Source of the DNA: Coniocarpon cinnabarinum
Taxonomy: Eukaryota
Direction: 5' to 3'
DNA length: 45,887 bases
Assembly (NCBI GenBank): GCA_051942205.1
Contig: JAVECO010000179.1
Span: 1 to 45,887, forward strand
Shown piece after piece: positions 13,038 to 24,530 of this stretch. The translations under genes and the position numbers were made by a program. Numbering within the stretch: position 1 is the first letter of the stretch; every line of letters begins with the position of its first letter. A model generated the notes under the pieces. The model made no database searches. It had not been told where the DNA came from and saw only the letters and a list, made by a program, of their open reading frames with translations.

Positions 13038-13797
13038 GATGCTGTGAGTGGGCACCAGTTGCGGAATGTGGTTTGGGGAAGTTGAGTGAGTGAGAGAGCG
13101 TAGACATTTAAGGAGGAGAAAGTCAGAGGCTGCTGAAGGTGGTGGAGCCTTCAGCAGCGCTCAGACCGTATTGTCAGAGCGACAATAGGAAGAGGGCAAG
13201 TGAATGCATCATGAACCCCATGCATTTCTATTTAGGACACTTGCCTGCTGCTTCTGAGCTCCCAAGTCTTTAATGCCACTTATTGCCGCCTTGGCATCAA
13301 GAGCTTGGTGGCACTGGTGGCCCGTGCGGACTCAACGCCTTGTTTCTCAGGGCTCAACTGTCCAACTCACCTCTCCATGTTCTCATCTCAAGGGCCATGA
13401 ACGAAAGTCCCTACCGGGTTTCAACGGCAAACGCCGCCTTGCGCCCTACAAGATGCTGAAATCTGGCGCGGCACGTACTTTCCTATGATGCCCTCGCCCA
13501 GACGCACTTCACATGATGGACGCGTCGATCGCACGAACGATGAGAGGGTACTCAGACCACACGTGATCGTTGCTGTCTGGAAGGGAGCTTGTTCATGGAT
13601 GTGTCATCCTATGTCACTTGCCAAGCTTTCACTTTCTCACCTTCTCACACATCAAATTCGCTCAACGCTACCTAATTGCTTTTCTCTCCTATAATACGCA
13701 CGCGACGATATCATGTCAAACAGCAATTAATATTGCAGCCACAGTCTTGGTTTCATCAATCCTCTCACCACGCAATGCTGACACATTCGAATTGTCA

Positions 13798-15011
13798 TAT
13801 CGCCAACAAGCGTTTGTTGCAAACTAAAATATGAATACATCCTTTTCCTTTGCCTACAAAGTCTGACTAGCAATCTCATCACGCACGATGATTCGTTCAT
13901 TGGAGCTTCTGAGGCGCTCGTAAGCGTCTGTCTCCCAGCCTTAATTTATCAACCAACTTTTTTTCCAGCCACACAGTCAAACCATCAATCGCCCCGTCAG
14001 AGATTCAGAGGCGCCAATAAGCGTCTGTTTCCGTATATCAACCAACATTCAATCTACACAGCCAAACCACCAATCTCATCACGCATGACAGCTCGTGCCG
14101 TTGATCGGGATCAAAGGCGCCCACACGCGTCTGTCTCCAGACCAAAATACATCAACCAACTTTTTTCCAGCCACACAATCAAACCATCTATCCCATCAGA
14201 GATTTAGAGGCGCCCGCACGCGTCTGTCTCCAGACCAAAATATACCAACCAACTTTTTTACGATCCACGGAGTCAACCCAATGTTTTCGACGAGACTAGG
14301 CACGCAATCAGATCACTATTCCACTAAAGGCGCCAATAAGCGCCTGTTCCCACACCAAAATACATAATCCGACTCTTGTTCGATCCACACGGTCAAACCA
14401 TGGTATTTCTCATCCTTCGGAGCTGACATTGGATGAGTGAGTCCACCAGAGACGCTATCAAGCGTCTGGATAGCGACTCCATTTCTTCGCAAGCATCTCT
14501 TCTCTCGCTGCCTCACTGCGGGCAGACGTACAACTCTTTCAATCATTGAACTTCCGCCTGAGTCCACATACCAAAGCACCACACTGTCATCTCGATCCAA
14601 CTATCGCTGATCTACCCATTAATCACATCGTCTGACGCAGTAGTTGGACCTCGACCCTTCGCCCAGGACACCACTGGTCTTGCTCTTCATAAACACCTTC
14701 ACGGAAGCTTCCCGAGACAACACGTGACAGTTGCTGCCTGGGAGCTCGAGAGGCGGTCAACAGCTGTCACATGCCAACATGCCAACCTTGGACAACCGAC
14801 TCAGAACACACTCTCTTTTAGCTTATCACAAAAGTTGCTCATGCTGAGTGGCTCCACGCATCAAACCACAAAAAGGCGCCCATACGCGTCTGACGCAAAC
14901 CTTAGACCACATTTCCAACTTTTTCAAAGGTACTTTGCTCTGAAACCCCAGGTATCATCAATCACGTTGCTCCTCTGAATAACACAACTCACTCGGCGCT
15001 CAGAAGAGTCT
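13798..15011. repeat. Degenerate tandem array of ~93-123-bp units, each with an AGRCGC-N6-GCGYCT dyad followed by a CAACCAACTTTTT-like tract
   Basis: Clear dyads start at 13912, 14009, 14115, 14208, 14328, 14450 and 14874. Degenerate copies at 13798, 14751 and 14994. Confidence 0.8.
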
Positions 15012-15020
15012 CAGATCAAT

Positions 15021-16246
15021 ATGGCGCAGACTTTCGCTCTCCCGAAAGTCGATATTAATATCGTTGACGTCGGCATGGAGCTCAACGTGTTCGACATCCA
15101 GCCTAGCAAACATGCAGATGCTATTCACGATAATCTGGCCCAGGTCTCCGCTGCATATGATCGCGTCAAACGAGAAAGACGTTTTTTTGTCGACAAAAAT
15201 CTTATCGCATCATCAAACTTCTCGCCGGTGCTTTTGGCCAAATTCAGCAATCTCCGGATGGGCTCTCTCGAAGATTCTGCTGAAGTTGACAATGTTGACG
15301 CGCACGAGGTGTTCCTGCGTGAAGTCCATGAGCAACGCGACGAGCAATTGCTTGGGCTCAGTATCCGCTCAATTTGGCAACTTCATGAAGTGGCAAATTA
15401 TTATGGAATCAAGATCACAATGTTGAAGCAATGGTTTGCGCTGTGGTATGCACACCAGAAGAAGACTGATGACTGGGAGAAGAAGCCAATCGACAAGCAA
15501 GTTGCGTTCGCTCAGCAGCTACTCTATCCGGCTTACTGGTTCTACCATCCAATCGCTTTCGGGGCTGCGACTCAATGCTTAATATATAATGGAACCGGCC
15601 ACCTTGGCGTAATGCAACCGCCACAAGTCAATATTCCGCAAAGCCATCTCCCAGGCCAAATTCTCGGTAAGTGACAAATTCCGCGCGAATGTCATACAGA
15701 GACTGATGTCTTATAGGTCCCCTCAATGGTTGTAAAGGCCGGCTTCGTAACATCCTGCAACACGCACTTTATGACCTCGTCGCCGACCTCCTCTGCCCAG
15801 AGCCAAAAGAGTGCTGCTTGCGCGCGTTTTACTTTTTCCATAAAATCCTTCGCAAATGCAAAGTCTGGCCTATGGAATTTCGCTTTAAAGATTCGAGTAT
15901 CAACGACCTCATATCACGCCTCGACGATTTTGAGTTAGTGCTGCACGCAAAATGTTCAACCTGTCATAAACCCTACGATGCTTTGGTCGAAAACGCCTGT
16001 AGCAAAGTTCGCATCAACTTTGAGGGCCTCTGTCTCGAATGCATGCATGATTCTCGCACCCAAGATCCGCCAACAGATCATGATTACTGGGAGCGTGGCC
16101 GACGGCTCAAAAACTCCTTCACAAGTACGACATGCTCTATCCGTCACAAAGAGCCGACCTGGTACTGGAGCTTCATGGGCAGATCTGACAGACGTAAAAG
16201 CATGATGCCAAGGCGCCGCAGAAGCAGCGACTCGCTCAGCTTCTGA
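15021..16246 (+). CDS. Fungal hypothetical protein, probably BTB/POZ-like, with a Cys-rich C-terminus
   Basis: ORF 15021-15666, intron 15667-15716 (GTAAGT...CTGAT...TAG) and exon 15717-16246 join in frame. The motifs IWQLHEVANYY...LKQWFALWY, LLYPAYWFYHPIAF and CSTC...FEGLCLECM resemble fungal BTB-type proteins. The CDS is more certain than the product name. Confidence 0.7.
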
Positions 16247-17124
16247 TTCTGAAGCTTGCTGGCTGTCGTTGCCTTCGCTTGTTATGCTGGCGATGGAGAA
16301 ATGCTCCAAGAGGTTTAGGATACGTAGTGTTACACGAGCGATTCCGAAGATTTCTTAGTCTGGACAGACATATGTTCTTCATCTTCTAGATAGACCAATT
16401 TAAAGGGGCTGCCCAACTGCGGCTTGCCCACGTAATCTCCTTTGCAACATGCATCAATCTCGACACAGCCTACTGGTCGTTTATTCCAGGCAAATCTCCG
16501 CCCACTTTCCCCTCATCTATCCCGACTCTAGCGAACGCCAGCCGCTCGAATACCAATTTCGGCTCAAACGCCTAAGATAAAGCCGTAGGCCGCCCTACAG
16601 TTGCCCAATTTCCCACGAATACTGTATCCAGTGTGCTGTTGCACCCTGCACGGACATCCTCATTTGGCGCAACAACAGAGGCAAATGGAATCCGAACGTG
16701 ATCAGACTATTACTCTTGGGAAACGAAATTTAGGACGAAGCAGGAGTAAGAATGCAGGCCAAGCACTTATTGGGCATAGAAAACGTTTGAAGAAGCATTG
16801 GATCGACTTTTATATCTAAAACTATAGACAAATTCATAATACGGTGCGCTGTGGACAAAGAGGCAAGCTATGGCTGACGGGTTTTCCCAGCTAGCGGGTG
16901 CTGATAATGCGTGACTTTGATACTCTGCTTGAGCCACTGCTCGACGAGGCGTCTGTACTGCTCGGTCTCCCAAGGAGAGGTAGTTCATTTCTGTTAAGTA
17001 CCACAGGATTGATACCCCCATGAGACAGTGTTGTATCTCCTGATCCTGTTCCGAGTCTAGGCTTTCAAGTCCAAAGCTACGACTCATTCTAGACTGAAGT
17101 CTCCACAAGTGCACGCATGGGTAC

Positions 17125-18487
17125 TCACGGACAATGCTGGTCGTCCTTCTCTGTGGACTCGCGATCTTGCCCAGTGCGCCCGGTCATTCGCGCCAACAGA
17201 GACTTGTACGTTGCAGACTTGACAACAGATGATTGAGCGAGTTTGGGCATGATCACCATGCAAGCAGCGACGCAGCCGACGTGCATCTCCAGAGACCTGG
17301 ATTGTCTGTCAGCGCAGAGCTTTCGTCCTGTCTACCTGAGTGACGAATATTTGAAGGACTTACGTCATGACGGAGACAATCGCTGCGGTATGCAGCGCGT
17401 CGGGATCTCTGAGATGCTTCACACTGATGCCAAGACGTGCAAGGCTCATGGTGCATGCACTAACTTTCGTATTAACATCGAGTGCGGTACCATAGCTGAA
17501 AAGAGGTTAATGATCAACTTACACAGCACCGGCGCCAAGGACCACGAGGACTCCCAACTTTCTCCGCAGTGGCATTTGTATCTTGATTATCGAAGGGATT
17601 GGAAGGAGAAGCAGATATATGTCTGTGGCAGAGTTGATGACACCGCTCACGATTAGTTGCCAAATGGTGCTCTGGATACAGAATGCGGAAGTGATACTGG
17701 CCAATATATTACCGCATTGCGCCCCCGAAGCGATCTCCAGCGCAAGGTCGGCGGCATAGAAGAGCACGCAAAATACGCCAATGAAATAGATGGCGATGCG
17801 GATTGATCGGCTCATGACGCGATCAAAGAGGCGGATATAAAGCAAAGCGATGGAGAGCTTGAGGCAGAGGATGCCAACCGGGTATAGCATAGCCAGCGAG
17901 TCGAATTTCTGAATGTGCGTTAGATCACCGCCCTGGAAGCAAGTGAGGGCTTCAATAGACCTGCCAAAAAGACTCCTGGCGTCAGAGAATTGAGACGAAG
18001 GTCCCACATGTGTACACTGTATCCTAAATGAAGACCTGGAGGATTTTTCTTAGACGAACGGGAGGTACACAATACGGTGGCCACCTACGATAGAATATCA
18101 TTATCGTGTGGACCGTCGTGATCAGCTACATGGTAAGCGTTAAAGACTGCTAGACTCAATCACTTGGTCACAAACAGATTCATATTCCGTACCGCTGCTG
18201 TGAGAAATAGCCCTGATTGTTCTATTAGCATCGTGTTAGATCGCTGGATGCAGCTCGAATCCTCGCTCACAGTCATCCCACCAGAGCGATTTCAGAACGC
18301 GGGCTCGGACGTAGAAGCGTATCGACGTCATGATCAAGGTCAGCGTGAGAAAAATCACATTGATGGGAATGAGGGTCGAGGTCAAGGTTTGGGGATGGTC
18401 GAAATTTGGTTTGTGACCGGGTGGTGGAGGCAATGCCGGGATGGTGTCAGGGAACTTGGTGGGGATGTTCTTCGGCAAGCTCTCCAT
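17125..18487 (-). CDS. PTH11-like (fungal rhodopsin-domain) integral membrane protein
   Basis: PALPPPPGHKPNFDHP, IRFYVRARVLKSLWWDD, HMWD, KLSIALLYIRLF, INSATDIYLLLLPIPSIIKIQMPLRRKLGV and LEMHVGCVAACM. Several introns. The 3' end is uncertain: stop at 17125-17127, or a further intron. Confidence 0.82.
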
Positions 18488-19036
18488 TGCAAAGGCGGCG
18501 AAATGAAATGTCTTGTCTGAGGTGGTTGAATCTGCGTGGAGAGGACGAGGGGGGATGGAGATGCCCTACTCTGTCTGGAGGCATGGGATTAAATGTAGCC
18601 AACGTCAATCTTGCAATGGGCGCATAGGCGTAGGGTGAGTCAGTGTTGCTGACCCACATATTCACGCGGACCGATAGCATTGCTTTCAGGCGAACGCGGG
18701 TGGCGAATCAGCACATTAGATGCGGTCGCGGGACAGAGTAATCTGTTTCGACAATGCACACACATGGTTACATGCAGCCAGGCCGCGGCAGAATGAGACA
18801 GGCGCGGCTGAAAACGCGAGATGCGCTGGCCAAGCTGCCTTGCAGGTTGGCGACGAGGATATGAGGTAGGTAGGCGCCTGGGTCGTCAGTGCATGTGAAA
18901 CTAGGCCGTCGGGGGTAAATACATATCCATGTGTGGTGCAGCTAGAGGGCGCGGGAAGACGGCCCGAGAAGCCCAAGCGGGCGGGTAGACGGGTAGTACT
19001 TCCTACACTACAATTCAGCGTCTTACGGGTTACAAA

Positions 19037-19408
19037 GGGTGTGTACATCGACATACAGGTCGGCAATCCCGGCGCTAGAGGTCGGCATCGTCCGTAGCGT
19101 ACCAATAGATAATATTAGATTATCTATAAATTGTATTTTTTAACGCTTTTAGAACATATTTTTTATATATTTAGAATCTTTACTCTAAGCCCTCTAACCC
19201 TAATTCTTCTAACCTTAATCCTTCTAACCCTAACCTCTAACCCTAATACTTCCTAAATTAATTAAAAAAATATTTAAAACATATTTTATTATGAACTGTA
19301 TTTTTTAGTTGTGGAGTCGGGTAAAGGTCGGCTATACAATCCAGTAGCGAAAATGTTTACCGACCTTTGCCGAATAATAACCGACCTTTGCTTCGTTGTA
19401 CATGACCC
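19037..19408. mobile_element. MITE-like non-autonomous element with imperfect ~27-bp inverted termini, subterminal AGGTCGG repeats and an AT-rich core containing CCCTAA-like repeats
   Basis: Left end GGGTGTGTACATCGACATACAGGTCGG versus reverse complement of the right end GGGTCATGTACAACGAAGCAAAGGTCGG. AT-rich, TpA-rich core at about 19105-19308. No target-site duplication visible. Confidence 0.45.
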
Positions 19409-19870
19409 GCCCGAATTCTTCTACTGGTACGGCCTGGTCGCTTAGACTGAGATCCGACAACGACTTGTGTCCGTGGCCCGTCCGTGGCCCTTGCTGATCC
19501 GGCAACCTTTGGGTGATGATCGTTCTTCAAATCACCTGCGGGCAGACGCCGTCAACGCCATCTGAGGAGGATGTAGGCATACAGAAGAGGAGATGCTCAC
19601 GTCCCACGCTCGTACCTTGTTCAAGCCGTGTCCAGGTGTCCTCTTGCTGGAATCCTTGTCATTCTCACATGAGAGCAAGGTTAAGACGAGGCGCGTGCCT
19701 CGCGTGGTTGCCTCGCGTTCGCCTCGCGCAGGTTTCTTGCGAAGCTGCTTTGAACTTGCCCATCGTCCTGACAAGTGCCCTACGGCCCCGAGCATCGTCT
19801 CGTCACATCAAACACATCCAACTCGGTTGACAGTCAACTGACACTTGAGTCTGCACACTTTGACACCACA

Positions 19871-20947
19871 ATGGCCAGCGAGAAGCTTCTTGTCGTCGGT
19901 GGCTGTGGTCTCACGGACTACTACGTCCTGCTCGATCTTCTGCGCAGCTACGCAAATTCCGAGCTCAGTGCGCTCGACACGAGACCACCGTCCGCAGATC
20001 GTAAATGTGAGAACGTGAGATACTACGAATGCGACATCACCAACCGCGAAGCCGTCAGTGAACTCATGCACACCATCTGTCCCACGGTTATCATCAACGT
20101 CGCCTCGCCTCGAGCCTTCATTCACAGCCTCGACTTCTGTCTCAAAGTCAATCACGGCGGCTCCAAGAATCTTATTGAGTCCAGCGCCGCGTCTCTCAAG
20201 GCATTCGTTTATACCTCGTCGTCTTCGGTCGTGCACGATTCTGTCAGCGACATGGTCAACTTCGACGAAACGGCACGCGTACTCTTCCTTCCAGAGCAGA
20301 AGGAACCTTACCACCATAGCAAAGCCATGGCCGAGCAGTACGTCCTGGGATCCAATCGTCAAGGAGACTCGTCCCTCGTGACTTGCGTCCTCCGCCCTTC
20401 CGGCATCTTCGGGCCCGGCGACGACATGACGATTCCAAACATGGTACAAAGCGCCAAGGACGGCAAGTACAAAGTCCAGATTGGTGACGGGACGAATCGC
20501 TTCGACTGGACCTATGTCGAGAACGTTGCTCGCGCGCACGTACTTGCGGTTGACCACTTGCTCGCAGCACACGACAAGCCAGCAGCATCCATTCCCGAAG
20601 GCGACCGTGTGGACGGTGAGGCTTTCTTTATTACGAATGATGAGCCGTGGCCATTCTGGGACTTTGCGAGAGCAGTGGGGGCAGCGGCGGGGTACCCAAC
20701 GGACACGGCCAAGGTCAGGGTCATCCCCAGGCAATTTGCTCTGGTGATAGGCTACGTCGCAGAATGGTTCGTGTGGATTACGAGTCTTGGGCGCCGCACC
20801 GCAACGTTCAACCACCGCAGCCTCGCGTACAGCACTCAGGTGCGGATTTTCAACATCTCGAAAGCCAAGGAGAGATTGCACTACAAACCTTCGATATCCA
20901 TTCGGGACGGCATCGAGAGGTCATGCGCCTCTTATCGGAATCAGTGA
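19871..20947 (+). CDS. ERG26: ERG26/NSDHL-family 3-beta-hydroxysteroid dehydrogenase / sterol C-4 decarboxylase-like extended SDR, intronless, probably a paralog
   Basis: LLVVGGCG, KAFVYTSSSSVVHD, catalytic YHHSK (YxxxK), LRPSGIFGPGD, QIGDGTNRFDWTYVENVARAH, RVDGEAFFITND.PWPFWDFAR and KAKERLHYKP. Confidence 0.85.
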   Translation: MASEKLLVVGGCGLTDYYVLLDLLRSYANSELSALDTRPPSADRKCENVRYYECDITNREAVSELMHTICPTVIINVASPRAFIHSLDFCLKVNHGGSKNLIESSAASLKAFVYTSSSSVVHDSVSDMVNFDETARVLFLPEQKEPYHHSKAMAEQYVLGSNRQGDSSLVTCVLRPSGIFGPGDDMTIPNMVQSAKDGKYKVQIGDGTNRFDWTYVENVARAHVLAVDHLLAAHDKPAASIPEGDRVDGEAFFITNDEPWPFWDFARAVGAAAGYPTDTAKVRVIPRQFALVIGYVAEWFVWITSLGRRTATFNHRSLAYSTQVRIFNISKAKERLHYKPSISIRDGIERSCASYRNQ

Positions 20948-22398
20948 GCATTGGCAAGCTCTGGGAAGAACGAGAATGAAAATCCAAGGTGGTCAAGCTC
21001 TCCTGGGGCCCAGAAGAGCGGCATCCTCGCGTGGCTTGGTGGAAAAGCCGGGCAGTGGATGGCCCTGCATTATGAAAATAGATGAGCAAGTTGCTGTCGA
21101 GGGTTGAGCTGATCCCATCACATGGCTTTCTTTGGTACCTTTGTGAGAAAACTAATTAGCGAATAAATCTGCAAGCGTGGATACCAGCTGAAAGCAGCGT
21201 TCCTTCCGTCTTCATTTAGTGAAATGTTCCAACATCACGTGACTTTACCTGCACGTTACAAGGTTCTTGCCTGTATACCTCATGGTACCCCAGCGGCGCC
21301 TCCAACGCGCAGCATCGTGCCGTGAGTACATGCATACCGGCAAGCTCAATGTCTGTCCACATGATCAGCTCCACTGAGGCGTCCGTTTTTCTAGCCCGCG
21401 CACTTTATGGGCGCCTACATGTGGAGGACTACCTCAAGACAGAATGTATTGGCTCGACGATTGCTGCAACAGGCTGTCCTATCACGCTTCCGGAGTTCCA
21501 ATTCACGCTTTCTGTCTGACTCGCTCTCAGTCGCTGGTCGTGAATTTGACGCCTAACGAAGATTTGGGCAAGAATTCCGCACTAGCTGCCGACAAACAAG
21601 TTGTGCTCGTCTCTGCAGACGATGCATGTATTCTATTTAGGTCGCAATGTGGCGCGGCTTGACCGATAGATCTGCCCGTCGCAATCGACTTTCAGCCTTC
21701 GACCTGCTACTGCCTAGATCACTAGGCGTAGACTTGCGGTTGACAGCGTGTTTAAAAGGCGTGAGGCAAATGTCATTAAAAATCAAAGCTACAAGCCACT
21801 CTAACGTGGCGGAGACTTCCGTAGTGGACGATGAAACGCCGGCATAGCTCTCGAAGTCACTCATATGCTGGTGAGATCATGCTCCTCATGGTCATTACAC
21901 TGCCACACGGAGCGAGTCAATTGATGCTACATGGCATGAGGATAGGTCGATGACTAGACGATACCCAGATTCACGCTGATCATGACTCGACTGCGGACGA
22001 ATAAGATCCAGTGGACAAGCCCGCATAAGCCGGCATGGAAACACGTTTGGCATGTGACACGCCTCCAAAGTCACATACTATGATGCTTGTACTTTTTGTC
22101 CGCTCGCGTTAGCACCAGCATCACGCAACACTTCGCTGTCAAGCTCTAGTAAGCATCGAAGACTATGTCCTCGGATGGAAGTGACTGTTCGAACTACCTG
22201 CCGATTATGCAAGGTCGAACTTGGAATGATGCGCAAGATACATCAGGCAAAGGGCTGACATGAGAATGCCTCTGAGGCTCAGGTTGTAACGTCAGCCGTC
22301 CTGTCAGCCTGGCTCTTAAGTACATAAGTATTGTGTCTGCACCAACTAATCACCAGGCTTAAGCTTAGCTGCCGACGCACGATTGTGGAAAAACCAAC

Positions 22399-24530
22399 AT
22401 GACGCTGTCTGGGGCTATGCTCATCATGATTCCGATCTATGCTGCGCAAATCGATTTCCGTAGCTACTGGGTCAAGGCGGTACTGTGGATGCAGCGTCAG
22501 GTGGCGAGCCCGAACTATGCCGCCATGTCGTCCTTTGACTGCAAACCGTGGAGGTGGCTACTGTTTGTCGCCATTGCTTGGGAAGTTAGAAGGATGGTCT
22601 GGATTATGTGGTGGAAGGCTCCGGTAAGAGTAGAGACGGACTATCATCCTCGAGCGAAGAGCTGATCCTAGACAGCGAAACGTCTGCATAGTCGGCTATC
22701 CCACGCTTTTAGGAAAGTATATCACGGCATTGCAAATGGCAGTGAGCCCGCAGTCTGTTATACAACAGGGTTACAATCGAGTGCGTTCCCGCCTTCTTCG
22801 CTCTGGCCGGTGTGCATCCTCCTACTTGACGATGAGCGGTGATTAACACCGTTTTGACCCAGGCTCATGGCAAGCCGTACGCTGTGCCAATGCTCGATCG
22901 ATACCTTGTATGCGTCACGAGCAAAGAGCAAATATAGGAGTTAGGCAAAGCGCCTCTCAAGGTGTTATCAATGAATACTGCGCTATACGAGGCAAGTGGT
23001 CTCCTGGCTGCTGGCATGCAATGGACTGATCTTAACGCACTTCGTCGAGTTATAGCTTGCATTCGCCAAACAGACAATGGCAGGGATGAGCCAAAGAACG
23101 GATCCAGACGGTAGCGTGACCAGAGCCGTGTTCAAGCAAGGATTGCGGGCTCAGCTCCCTGCTTTGAGTGATATGCTCCACGACTGGACACGCCAAGCTG
23201 TCGAGGAAGAGTTTTGCGGTCACTCGAAGCCTGTTCACACAAGCGGGTGGCGCAGAATCAATCTTGCTACAGCATCGACTCGCATAGCGGCTCGTGTCAA
23301 CACGCTGATATTAGTGGGGCCCCAACTTTGTAAGCACCGCAAATTTACGAGATGATTTCGGCCATGCGACTAACTCTTCCTTGTCTCGCACTGCAGCTAA
23401 GGATCCAGGATTCTTCAAAATTTTCATGGACTATCTTAACGACGCTTCGATGGCGTTCGCAGCTCTACAGGTTATTCCTAACGCTTTGGTCCCGTGAGTC
23501 TGAACCCTCTTCACATCGCTGCTACCTTTCAGATCATAGATCATTAATAACAATGCCGGATGAAGGATCATGGGATATATCATCATGTCCTGGCGAGGAT
23601 CCATGCAGAAAGTCCTTCGCATTCTCTATGGGATGATCATGAAGCGAGTCAGAGAGAGCAAAGATTCTACAGCAACTACCCAGAGCGCACGCTGCTCTGT
23701 CGATTGGGTAGTGGAAGTTTCACGATGCCGCGACCATCACGAAATTGCACGTCAGGCTTTAAGTTTCATCTTTGCGAGCGGGTTTCAAATGCCCATGGTA
23801 AGTATGCAGAACGTCTTGAGACTCCATGAGCTATCATCCAGCATTTTTTGCGTCCCTCACAGAAAGATTTCACAGGCTTACCATCTTGACTCCGCAGCTG
23901 CTTCAGTTCGTCGTGTACAACCTCTGCAAGCATCCTGAATACCTGCCCATCCTCCGAGCAGAGGTCAAACGCGCTTCCTCTCCAGCTTGCCTCAATGACA
24001 TGCCTCAGCTTGATGCTTTCCTCCGAGAGACGGCGCGTCTAGACCCCCAACTCCTCAGCATGCTTCGCAAAGCCATGGTCGACCATCGCTTCGCTGATGG
24101 AACGTACGTCCCAGCGCGAAACCTCGTCTGCGTTCCTCAATACCAGCTCATGCGTGACCCCGCGGTACACGCTAGCGGTTCAACTTTCAGAAGTTCGACA
24201 ACCGTCGATTCTCCCATTGAGGGAACCAGCCCCAACTTTATCGACCCAACATCGGACTTTTTGTTCTGGGGAAGTGTTAGACAGGCTTGGTGAGTGACTA
24301 GAGGAGCTTGCTGGCATACTCATGGTGCAGTTACTGACGAGATCCTAATATCTAGCCCAGGGAGATGGTACGTTGGTATTGTGTTGAAGATGATCATTGC
24401 CGAGATCATCACGGAATATGATTTCTACCTGGAGGACCCTGCGATCACGCCGGCTTTCTCGTTTGGGAAAACGAGATCACCGAACCCATGGATGGGGTTG
24501 CTCCTGAGACCTCGGGACGAGGAGCGGTAG
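22399..24530 (+). pseudogene. Cytochrome P450 (ent-kaurene-oxidase/PaxP-like secondary-metabolism clade) with one in-frame premature stop
   Basis: Eight exons splice in frame. I-helix FASGFQ, ExxR motif ETAR, and heme motif FWGSVRQAC|PGRWY (Cys codon split by an intron). TAG at 22935-22937 is in frame within exon 3 (…SKEQI*ELGKAP…). The start codon is approximate. Confidence 0.75.

Noticed and set aside
14095..14367. ORF with repeated GA(H/R/N)(T/K)RL peptides
   Set aside because: By-product of the DNA repeat. It has no ATG start, and neighbouring unit spacings (97, 106, 122) break the frame.
13798..15011. CRISPR-like appearance (palindromic repeat plus spacers)
   Set aside because: Eukaryotic locus with no cas genes; the spacers are long, variable in length and homologous to each other.
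19195..19246. CCCTAA repeats as a true telomere or chromosome-fusion scar
   Set aside because: Only about three perfect hexamers, interrupted, in one orientation and internal to an element with inverted termini.
19808..20881. 357-aa antisense ORF overlapping the ERG26-like gene
   Set aside because: A shadow ORF expected from GC3-biased codons on the sense strand; no recognisable motifs.
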